A DNA stretch of 64,000 nt from assembly GCA_020137815.1 (NCBI GenBank), contig CM035359.1, positions 620,001 to 684,000 of the forward strand. The letters run 5' to 3'. Positions 42,602 to 54,043 of this stretch are shown here, in pieces. The DNA comes from Hormiphora californensis. Taxonomy: Eukaryota > Animalia > Ctenophora. Numbering within the stretch: the stretch's first letter is position 1; each line of letters opens with the position of its first letter. The translations under genes were made by a program, and so were the position numbers. Under the pieces are notes generated by a model. The model searched no databases. It was given only the letters and a program-made list of their open reading frames with translations, and had not been told where the DNA came from.

Positions 42602-45266
42602 TCACAGATGACTAGTTTCAAAGGACCTCATGATATCAGCCTGCATGTTCATATCAATACTGGGTCTCATGCTCTGCCGCATCCTCCTTTGCTCCTCCCT
42701 CAACCTCTCCCTCTTCTCCTGTGCAGTCTCCTCCTTCTTCTTGGTTACAATAGGAGCAGTATCCTGAACCATCAGCGCATCAAATGCCTCATCCTCCTCC
42801 CTCTCCCTCTGCCTCTCCTCTTCCTCCAACTTTCTATCAGCCTCCTGTCTCTCCTTCTCTAGTTTAGCGTTCTCTTCCTGAACAAGAAGGGCACGTTGTC
42901 GCTCCTCTCTTAACTGAGCCTGCTTTTTGAATTCCTCAAACCGAGACGGCTGTTTCAAGACAGGGTTAGGAGTCTTCTTGGTCTCCGTCAAGCTCGACCA
43001 GTTGTTGAACTTTGGTTTCTTCTGGGCATCAAAAGAGATTTCCGGGTCCTCCACAGCAACCTTTGGAGAAGTAGGCTGCTGTTTGACAGGCGGTTCCTGT
43101 TTGGTGACTAACGGATCAGCAGGTGTTTTTACATCGGTTTCGGAAATCTCAGAAGACAACAGTTCAGAGGAGAGTTCGGGTGATTTGAGGGGGGACGATG
43201 GTTTTTTGATGGGGGAAATAACCGGTGAAGGGGCCCGTTGTTTAGGGACGGGTTGAGGAGCCTTTGGAGCGACAGCAGGGGGTGGGGGAGGTTGTTTAAC
43301 AGGGCTGGGTTCCTCACTCTCAGAGGAAGACCCCTCCGAAGAACTGGAGGAGAGTCGAGCAGCACTTTTAGGTTTTCTCTTCCCACACTTCGTACTCGTT
43401 CTAATGTCTTTCAATCTCTGTTCCAACTCCTCTTTCCTCTTCGACATCTGTTCCCCTGTCATACCCACTGTTTTCCTTAGTGTTGGCACCTTCTTGATCT
43501 CCTTCTGACAATCGATAACATATTTCTGTAGTTCACGAAGTGTGGCAGGTCGCAGACTCTCAAAGTGGATCTCTATCTCCTCTGGAGTGGCATCCTGTCC
43601 CTGTAGGTTAGGCTCCCTAGATTGGATGATCCTCACCACCCGACCTAGCTTCTCTGGAGGGAGATTGTTGATATCGAGAGAGAGTTGCCTGATTTCATCA
43701 TATGTTAACGCAGCGGTGGAGGTGGTAGAAGTTACAACCGGAGGATCCTTAGTTTTAGAAACTTTAGGTGTTGATGTGTGTTTGGGTGGGGCCCGTTTCG
43801 GTGCTTTCGGTTGTTTAGGTGTTTTGGGAGGCTTTTTAGACCGAGAAGAGGGAGGGGGAGGTGTAGGAGGTTCAATAACCGGTTCAGGGGGAGCAACAGC
43901 AGCTACAACTGCTGGGGGCTGTGGCGGTGGGGGTTGTGGTTTAGGAGTTGAAGATTTGGATTTAGATTTCGGGGTGGATGCTTTGTACGCCTCTAACTCC
44001 GCTAACCTAGTTTTAATAAGTAACATCTGTGCCTGAAGTTTAGCGATGTTTTCCGAGTACTCATCCCCGGGTTCCGAATCTGAATCACTCCCAACAGGCC
44101 CCAAGACGGGTGTAGAAGGTAGTTTAGGAGGGGGAGGAGGAGGTGGGGGAGCAGCAACATACCCGTTCTTAGCAGGTGTTTTAGGAGTTTTAGGAGGTTT
44201 TAGGTGTTGAAGACGCTACTATCCTAGCAAATCGAGTCTCAAATATTGCTTCCAGTTGTTTACTCATCGCTACCACCGCGTGGTCAGGCGGATTGTATCG
44301 ATAACAGTTACTGAAAATCAACCTAAAGTCACTTGCAAACTCCTGTATATTCCCATAAGCCCCACTCTCAACTTTACTCCGCAGCGTGCCCATATCCATA
44401 GGTTGCTTTATTATTGTCAGATAATCATGCAGACCCAGCCCCTTGACATCAACAGGCTCATAAAATGGCCAGGCATAACCCTCGTGTTTCTTACCAAACA
44501 GATCCTTGATGAGCGAGGCACAACTTTTCAGATCCGTCCCAGATTTAGACACGGCAGGGGTTGAGGGCTCCTTTTTGAGCGCCTTGTTTTTACCTGCCTT
44601 GGATAAAACCGGAGACTGCGTCGTCGTGCTAACTTGATCACTCGACTCAGGTGTTGTAGTATCTGCTTTCCGTTTCACTCCCTTTTTATTGGGCCGTTTA
44701 GAGGATGTGTTTGGAGTAACTGGTTCCGAGGACGTTGTGGCAGGGGCTACTTTTGTAACTGGTTTACCTGGTGTGACAGGTTTGGAAATCCGATGTTCAG
44801 GTTCATGGTCAGGGTAGTCCTTCATTTTACTTTCAAACAACTTTTCCAACTCCTTCGCCATAATAAAAATGTCATCTTGCGGCTTGTTATACAGAAAACA
44901 GTTATCAAAAACCAGTCTAATGTCCGTTAATGCTTCATCACCCAACTGATATTCATAGTTCTCCAGTTTCCGTTTCACCGTTCCCAGGTCCATAGGGTTA
45001 TGAACTACTGTATAATAATCTGGGATATTCAGTTCTTTTATATCAACCGGCTTCTGAAAGGGCCAACAATAACGATTCTTCCACAACGCTTTCATGATTT
45101 TATGCTGAATAAATTGGAGTCTGTTGGTGGTGAAATTGTAGATTTGCCCGATGGGGTGGAGCTGTAGATCGAGAGGAAGGGTACTGGTGGGAGTTTCAGA
45201 ACTATCATACTTTGAGGACACTCGTTTGACGCGTTTTCCGAGTGAATTGTTCTCGCTGGTACTCAT
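42602..45266 (-). CDS. BRD4: BET-family bromodomain protein (BRD4/Fs(1)h-like): BD1, BD2, ET and C-terminal motif; intronless CDS with one +1 indel near 44195
   Basis: BD1 [32 protein letters not shown]2 [29 protein letters not shown] domain [55 protein letters not shown]-terminal motif [14 protein letters not shown]. The two ORFs join by removing one base in a TPK repeat. Confidence 0.93.
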
Positions 45267-46004
45267 ACTTCATTTAGCATAACACCAACTCTGTACAATC
45301 TACCTGCGAGGGAAATCGCTGCGTAAAATACAGCAACGAACCCAGGGTACAAGAAAAATTGTTGCAGTCATGGCAGAATATCAGGCTAAATAACGGTCTG
45401 AATCTGATTCGTTGATTGGGAAGGCGATAGAGGGCGAAAATGTTAAAACGGGGAGTCGAAACGAAATTTTTGAAATTTTGCAGAAAAAAAAGCTGGAAAC
45501 CAAAATTTCAAATCTGCAAAATCTCGCGCGCGCGACCGCATTGGTGATACTGCGCGCCAACTAATGCGGCGCTATTGAAGATTTTTGGCGCGTAACAAAA
45601 AACAATCGATCGGGTTGATCTGACCAGACAAATTGAAACAAGGACTTAAAAAACAGTCAAAAATTTTATAGATTAATGTACAAAGAAATGTATTAAAATA
45701 GATACAAGAAATGTGAAATACTTTATTGCGCAATATTGCGTGAAACTGGCCTTGATTTTACAATTACTGTAGCTGGTAAAAGTAAAATATAGTAAGTAAA
45801 ACTAAGCTAAGCTTATCATAATTAAGTGGTACTGGTACTAAACACTGTTTAGAGTATCATCCCTATAAATACAATAATAAATGCAACTACCGTCAACCGT
45901 CTTTCATTCCATTTACACAGCTATACTGGGTACTACCCACAATTACAAATAATCGAATAGAAGTTATTTAGCTAACATAAGCATATTTAATATTTCAATG
46001 CATT

Positions 46005-49000
46005 TCAATGTCCTTGACTCCTTCCCATGGACCATTTCATGCCTCTGGGAGACCAGGATTTACTCCTCTTAGCTGGTTTAACACTATCCTCAGGAAGTGT
46101 GTCATAAATCGCTTCTTCCTCTTCTTCCTCAGGTTTAACTGGGACCTCGTCTTGAAAAATAACCTAGTGGGACGGAAGGAGTTGTTACTTGTTGATTAAG
46201 GGGTTAGGAAATAGAGGAGCGAATGAAACAGAGAGTAGAGGAAGTGGGAACTGGATAATCAAAACTCGATGACCAAATCATACACACATCAGCCTACCTA
46301 CAACCAACAACCAACCTGCAACCATAACGTACCCGTTTTTGAGGTTTGTCACGACCGAGTGAGACGGTAACATTAGGTCTTTGTCTAGGTTTTCCACTAT
46401 TAGATCTTCCCCTTGGTTTATTTTCCCTCTTTGGTTTAGATATCCGTCCTGGTGCTGATTCTAGTGGGATTTGTTGAGGGTTTTAATTTTCAATTGATTT
46501 TGATTCGTGTCAGAGTTTGTTTTCCAATCTATGTACCATCGGGACCAATAAACGTTCAAGGTATACCGCTGAACAGTGTCAGTCAAACTATGATTTGCTG
46601 ACCCTGTTTTTAGTTTTGCCTGGGCACGAAGAGGATACTCCCCATCCCACGTGTCAACTTACGGTTTCTCAGTCTGACGGGAGGGACATCCTGAATATCA
46701 TTGTTATCGTATATATCCTCCTCCTCCTCAGCTGTGTTGGTATATAGGGGCGGGGAGGCTGGGCCGGTATTGGTATATAGGGGCGGGGAGGTAGGGCCGG
46801 TATTGGTATAAAGGGACGGGCTAGCTGGGCCGGTATTGGTATAAAGGGGTGCAGGGGAAGTAGGGCCGGTATTGGCGTATAGACCACCCGGTGGTGTAGA
46901 ACCGGGGTAGAGTGTTGTTGGAGGTTCATTGGCGTAGATACCTGACATAGGAGGAGAGAAGGTAAAAAGGGGAAAGATTCGATGGATTCAAAGAACCCGA
47001 CTTGAACTGTTCACGGAGGCAGTAAGATGTTGTTTGTATCATTCTCACCTGGTGTGGTGGGTTGGTTAGCATATTCAACACCCTGTACTGGGTCAACTAC
47101 ATCAGTGTTAGCATATAACCCTGGTACTGGTGGTGTCTTGTCCCTGATAGCTTTAGGGCTTGTCATCTGGATATATCCGTTAGTATTCCTATCACTGAAC
47201 ACAAGGGTGTGTGTGAGCTAGTAGAAGTAGAGGTGAACAACCAGGTGAGCATGAGGCGAAGACGACGAATGTAAAGTGGACACTGACAGACTAAAACTGA
47301 CACACTGACAGACCGACAAACACACAAACACTTACAGGGTAGTTTCGAATTCCACAGGTGTTTCATATGTTGTTGATAGACATGGACTCATAACAACGTA
47401 CTCCCCTCCATCCCCAGTGGGACTGTAATGACACGCCTGACAGCTGTAGGGAATATGGTGAACTGGTTAATACACAATCAGAAAATGGGGCGGGGGAAAC
47501 TGGGCAGCTGCAGGAAATATGCGTGTTAGATTGAGCAGACAACTAGAAATTAAGGGGGGGGGGGGGGACAAAGAAAAATAGAAAAATAAAAACACTCCCC
47601 AACCTGCCCCAGCTTCCATTGGGCCAATGGAACCCGTAATTCGGGGACCCAGAGTATTAGTATACCTGTACTGTGAGAAAGAGTTGAGTGTCTCACAACT
47701 ATCACAAGTCCATTGTTCAGGTCGGTCTCGGCCACACTCCCGACAGTCAGGCCTCTGGAAACTATTCTTGGGTCTACCATTACAGTTTATACACGTCCAT
47801 AGCGCCCTTGTGGGTTTACTGTAGCGGGGATCCTATAGCAGGGTGGGAGATTAGTTAATATGGGGTGGTAAGTATGGGGAGAGTGGTTAGTATAGGGTGG
47901 TAAGTAGGGGAGATTGCAGTTAGGTTAGTAGGGGGTATGCGGATCTTGAGAATACACTGAACTTTTAAACGGAATGCATATATCAGGTAGATAAGGAAGG
48001 AGATCAAGGTTGCTGAGCTTTTCCGTTTAAAAGTGTATCACACAAAAAAATGAACAGTTTTTAAAGCTGCAATTATGATTCTCTTTTCACAACTTTTTAC
48101 AATGACAAAAAATAAATATATATTTGGCAGCTTCAACCGCACACTCAAATCCTTCCTGTACCTCAGTATCAATACTTTCTGTAAGGTACCCTTATAACTT
48201 CTAGTTCAAACAAAAAAGGGGGCATGATATCCCTGAGCAGTAAAACATGGATATTTAAGTGAACCAAGAAATGCCCTTGCTGTGAGTATGGAAGTGATAG
48301 AGATTTCGAAAAAGCTGCGGTCTGAACAGAAAACAGAAAACTTTTATGCAAAATAAAGATATGGTTCTTAAAAAAAGTTAAACTTAAAATAAAAATACGC
48401 TTCCGGCAAAAAAAACATAAAGGAGTTCTACGATTACTAAATGAACAACACAACGTTCAGAGTTGGGATAACAAAAATAAGAGAACAGTTAAATAACTAA
48501 TTAACAGGACGATAATTAATTAATTAACGGGGCGATAATTAATTAGTATAACCTGACAGAATGAACTATGTTTTTTATCTAAAACACACACACACACACA
48601 TAAACCCAAACCTCATATAGGTAGATCACGCCTATATCGCAAAGAAAGAGAGGTGACGGTATCATAACTCTTGTCCCCCGAACTACTATTTTACAATTCC
48701 CTACACCCCAACAGACATCTGTACAATACCCCTGTGTACTATACCACACGTGATCTGCAAACACATGATACCACATGTGATCAGATTAGTACGGATCATG
48801 TGTACAACACCACACGTGATCAGATCAGTACAGATGTCTCAATGGGTAGATCAGATGAAGATGTATGTCCCTGAGGTGGTTTATTAACTGCCTTCATCTC
48901 ACTATATTGTCCGTGTTTTTTAGATCGAGGGAGGGGCTGGGGTGGAGGTCCGGTAAAGTCCACTTTGTATACACGGGGGTCCAGGTCGATATAGTCCTTG

Positions 49001-49011
49001 CTCGACTGCTG
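46005..49011 (-). CDS. Putative phosphotyrosine docking protein with two RanBP2-type zinc fingers and multiple YxN/YxxM motifs (5' end uncertain)
   Basis: Exon about 47666-47832 reads WTCINCNGRPKNSFQRPDCRECG..WTCDSCETLNSFSQY and continues as SCQAC in the next exon. Later exons carry YIQM, YAN x4, YTN x4 and YDN. Last exon 46005-46163. Some indels are needed to join the frame. Confidence 0.55.
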
Positions 49012-49815
49012 AGGGGGACAGGGGTGGTGTTAGATGGGTGAGGTGTAGGTGTCGTAGAGTGCTGTAGCAGTTGTTGTTGAGTGCTGTAGCAGTTGTTGTA
49101 GGTGTTGTTGAGTGCTGTAGCAGTTGTTGTAGTTGTTGGTGTAGGTATATGCGCTATAGCAGTTGTCGGAGTGGTAGTAGGTTTCGTCATATCAAGTGCT
49201 GACTGTTGTAGCAATTGTCGGAGTTGTCAGATTTTAGTTGTCAGCTTCACGCGGTGTTGTCCAAGTTGTCCAAGTTGTTGTCCAATTCGTCACTTGTCCA
49301 AGTCGTTGTCCAAGTTGTCACTTGTCCAAGTCGTTGTCCAATTTGTCAGCTGTTGTTGTTATTATTTTCTTGTCAGATTGGTGTGCTGTTGTCCTTGAAG
49401 TCAAAGCTGCTCAAAATACAAACAAATCCCCCTAAATGTGCTACAAAGCTTGTGTTGCAACGAACGGTGGGCTTGGTGCCCATTATATGTCGTATTCCTA
49501 ACTACATACGTACTACTATTGTCGCTATGAATATAACCTGCATTCACTCACTCACACACAACTCGAAATTCCCAAATACACTGACACACTCATCTCACCG
49601 TTATTCTGGATCTCTATAGTAATCACTTCGAGATATATTAAGAGCCGCGTAGCAAGAGAGATAGAAATATCATAGAAATTAGATTGAGAGTGAGGGATAG
49701 TGCTGATTGATCGTAGCATGAGCGATTATTGTTAGTTTTCTGCAGCAAAGATGAAAAACGGAACGTTAGAATCTTCTATAGCCTTGTACTTTGTAGCAAT
49801 CTAAGCTGCTGCTGG

Positions 49816-51391
49816 TCAGGCTAAAAACACAGTGCAGTATACAAACCTGAGAGAGTACAGCAGCACCCCTTATCTCCTATATTACCCTCCTCCCTTCCTT
49901 CCTCCCTTCATACCCCAGGTAGCCCAAATCAAACATTGCGAAAGGGTTTGGCTCCTCTTGGACAATATCATCTTGTTTAGCGTGGTGAAACAGGACGGGG
50001 AGCTCCATTATTTGTCTGGAGATCCTTCTAACTATATTGCCATTACTTCTAGGTAATGACATGTGGTTTGTAGTAGCACCAGGTACTGACATGTGGTTAC
50101 TGTTGTTGGTAATAGCACTGGATACAGTGTTGTTGTTGTTAGCGTTCCCAGGTACAGTGTTGATGTTAATGTTTCTACCTACTTCTGAACCGTAATTGGA
50201 ACTTGGTTGATGGCGTGGAGATGATACTGGATGGTAGTTGGAGTTGCCAAGTCTTGTCCCTGCAGGTGTAGCCCCTGGCGTGTTGTGGTTGGATCTTGAT
50301 GTTGGCCCTGATTGGGCACTTAAAAGTTTTGAGTCCGATTCGTTGGTATACAGCGATGTTCTTGATCCATCTAATCCGGAGTGTTGGGGTGTTTTAGATT
50401 CAGTAGCTGGTGACACAGGAGATACCAAGGTTACCATGGTAACCATGGAGTCTGTCTCGTCTTCGAAGCGAATCTTTCGCCTTGTGTTGGGAGACTTTGG
50501 TGTCCGGAAGGCGTCTCCGTTGCTTTTTGGAGGTCGAACTCCCTGTTCAATGATTCCAGGTGATGATGCTCGGGTGTTGTTGAATAAAATGGTCGGCTGT
50601 TTCTTATCTCTGTTTATAGAATCAGGTAGTTTTATCTCATCATCAGTACGAAGAGAGTCTGTTGGGTAGATTCGTTTCCTAGTAACCAGACTCGGTGATG
50701 TCTGCGCACTTGACCACTTCACCCCATCATCCTCACCAGGCTCTAATATTACCAGGGGTGTTGTAAGGGGGCCATGATGTGAGAAATCCAATGGATCCAT
50801 GTCCTCAGACTCTACTGGTTTTGTTACCATGGTTACCACTGGTTTTGTGTTCTTCAGGTGGGCACGTTTATGAGTTGGAAGAAGATCTGAGGAGATGGAA
50901 TGAGGAGGAACCGATGTAGTGGATGTTGGAGAAGTAGAGCGAGATCGCATAGGTAGGAGATCAGATGAAATAACAGAAGAGTGATTCTGATAACGAGAGG
51001 GAGGATGAGGGAGGGATATAGCTGGAGATGGAGAGCGAAAGGGAGGAAGAGGGAGGGATATGGTCACCGCAGGAGATGGAGAGCGGGAGGGAGGAGGAGG
51101 GACAATAAATTCAGCCACCCTGACAAAACTAGTATCTCCATCAGCAGCAGAGTTTGTAGTTGCCATGACAGCAGAGTTTGTGCAACTCTGTGTAGTTGCC
51201 ATGACAGCAGATTGTGTGGAATTCGGTGTTGTTGCCATGGGAGCATGTGTCCTGGCAGGTAGAATACTCTGGGACGCTGTCTTAGTTATAGCAGGTAGTA
51301 TTCGGTACTCATCAACAGGGGTAGCTGTAGGGAGAGAGATTATGTTCGCAAAAGGCAAGCTTCCCCTCGTCCGACCCGAAGTTGGAATCAT
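49816..51391 (-). CDS. Uncharacterised Ser/Thr/Pro/Asn-rich, probably disordered protein
   Basis: 504-codon open frame 49877-51391. A GT donor at 49913 and an AG at 49847 would add a short last exon (GFVYCTVFLA*). No recognisable domain. Confidence 0.55.
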
Positions 51392-51523
51392 ATGGGTTTA
51401 GTTTGTCGAACCGGCAAGTTGCTAACATTTTCAAATCTTCACTACTTCTCAAATGATCCCATACTTTCAGTCTAATCCCAAAATCCTATTAAAAATAGAG
51501 ACAAAAATAACGGCACCAAACTG

Positions 51524-52860
51524 TGAAATGCCCTTGCATTAGTGCGAGTAGAATAAAATCAATTTTCTATCTAAAGGCCGAGTTTATAGCAAGAAAGGAC
51601 TATTTTACAACGAATTCTCTGGTTAGTATGGTAACCAACTCCGTTGTCATGGTAAATCAATCGAACTCTATCGAGTTCTATCGCCAGCAACTGGATGAAA
51701 ATTTATCCATTTCATTATGCACAATGCACAGGCTTTGGTTACGAAGTTACCCCTTGCCAGCGTGTGCACGCGAAGGTCGCCCGGCGACAGAGTGTGAGGT
51801 GTCTTCGATACCAAGCACAGGCTTGTGTAACAAAAAGGGGCGTTTTTATAGCTTATTGTTCATCATAACCTGAAATAAATAATTTTCATTACTTTCACAA
51901 AGGCTCAAAGTTTGAATATCAAATTTGCCAAAATTGTGCAGGGGCCACCCCAAAATTAATCTCTAAGTAATTAATTAATTAATTTTGACTATTCCCACTT
52001 TCTGTAGATTATATTATATGTTTTATGCATGAAGAACATTCCTAGAAAGTTTCAAGTCGATATTTTAAGCAGAACGGAAAATATAATTTAGTGCATGGGC
52101 AAACAAAATGGTGCAAGGGCACATGTTCAGGGGAAATTTGCACAAATTGTGCTGGGGCAAATTTTAATTAATTTGCCTATAATTAATTACCTAATTGATA
52201 TATTAATCATACGGCTCTTCTAGTACTCGTAGTTATGCTACTAGAACATGCATAGAAAGTTTCGTGTCAAAATATTAAACGGTGTGGACACAGTTCGATC
52301 ATAAAATTGGTGCAAGGGCTGCCCTTGCACCATTTGCCCTTGCACATTGCCTGCCCTTGCACCAAATTCCATTTTTTGCACGGCTCTAACTAACTAATTA
52401 ATTAATTTTGATTATTCCCACTTTTCGAACATCATCTTTTATGATTGAAGAACATTCCTACAAAGTTTCAAGTCGATATTTTAAGCAGAACGGAAAATAG
52501 AATTTGGTGCAAGGGCGCGGTGCAAGGGACATAACACGCAATGTGCAGGGGCACGGTGCCCTTGCACCGTTTTTAATTACCTATAATTAATTAATTAATT
52601 AAAAATTCAAAAATCCGCCAACGTCATGACACAAAGGAATACTACAAGAACATGCCTACAAAATTTCAAGTCGATATCTCAAACGGTGTGCCCACAATCG
52701 TTGACATGTTTTTTGCCCCCCCCCCAAAAAAAAGACCTTTCTTTGTTCTTAATAGGGCCAGCATTTTTGGGTTTTTGTGCAAGGGCAAAACATTTTTTTT
52801 CTTTTTTTCGTTTTTTGCTGTTTTCTTCGGGTCGGAGGTGCCTGCCGGCACCTAAATAGA
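51524..52860. mobile_element. Internally repetitive transposon-like remnant
   Basis: Repeated gcccttgcacc / ggtgcaagggc and aaagtttcaagtcgatat modules in both orientations; no ORF. Confidence 0.5.
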
Positions 52861-54043
52861 GGTTACTAATTAGCGGCTCCAAGCTGGTTCTGTTACCATG
52901 GTTACCATGGTTACCATGGATATCACTGGAGTAGTGTGCGGCTGGTTTTAGCGGTCAAATGGAGCTTGTTGTGTGCTACTGACTACTGGAGCTGATTATG
53001 CGGCTAGATACTAATTTTAGCGCTCTACCAATGGAAGGTTGTGTAAGGGAATTAGTAGCTGAAAGATACAGTGCTGCTTGTAGTCAAATTACCGTAATGA
53101 AAATACAGTAAGGAGACGCGCACGGTGCATAACGCGCGGCAAAAAGTTCATGTGTCAGCACGTACTAGCGCCCTGATTGGTCACGGTTGCGCGTCGTCTT
53201 ACTGTATCTTCGTTTTCCATTACCGTTTTCCCACTACAAGCGACCGTGATAGCAAGAACGGCTATATCAAATTGGCAGCGGGTGTGCGGCTCACTAATGG
53301 CTTTTAGATCAGCGATTGAGGGTGCCTTCTCTACTTCCAGGAGGAGCTCCTCAAATCGTGTGGCGGATCAGCGCCCTCTGCTCATGGGACGTGGCAGAAA
53401 GCTGCACGTGGCACCGGGAAGCTGCTCGTGGTGTGGCATGTGGCTGCACATGGTGACGCTACACGTACCCATCTCTCTCTGATCATCTTCCTCTGATCTG
53501 ATACTGCTCCACAAACCAAAACTAGACTTAGCGGGGCCATCAAACCGGTTTTTATCTTTTTTAATAACCCGCACTAACCCGTTGGATAGTCTTCTAACGA
53601 AACCTCGATCATCATCGGTATGGACCTTGTAGTTTGAAAGTGGAATAGAGAGAGATAGGCAGAGGGAGAGAGAGAATAAGAGATTTAGTTTAACCCTTTG
53701 AGGGTAAAAACGCACACACTCGCTTTATTCATTCTTGAAACAAATAACTGCACAGCAGTCGAATCATTACTAATTTATTCACACTCACTCACACACAAAC
53801 AGTTCAGTTTTAGTCTTTCACTCGTTTTAAATAGGGTCCCGAGATTAGAAATAATGTCAAATTCGCCTAATTTTAGGTCAAATAATAATATCCTTAACTC
53901 CTTCTAAACTAAGCTTAGTAAGCTAAGATCGCATCTCCTCCCCCTATATAGTTCTAAGTAGGACCGTTATAATTGATAACGTTATATATCACCCTCTTTG
54001 TTGGTTCTAAGTATGACCGCTAATAAATATAAGGCCCCTAACT

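Noticed and set aside
44104-44200. Programmed frameshift or two-gene split of the BET locus
   Set aside because: A single extra base in a short repeat restores one ORF, and similar +1 errors occur across the window, so consensus error is most likely.
42533-44930. Plus-strand ORFs over the BET gene (and similar ones over the 504-aa ORF)
   Set aside because: Antisense shadow frames of real CDSs with no motifs of their own.
53368-53715. 115-aa ORF as a separate gene or extra Ig-tail exon
   Set aside because: Protein-like, but I could not find a convincing phase-matched splice to the Ig gene or a start codon; left uncalled.
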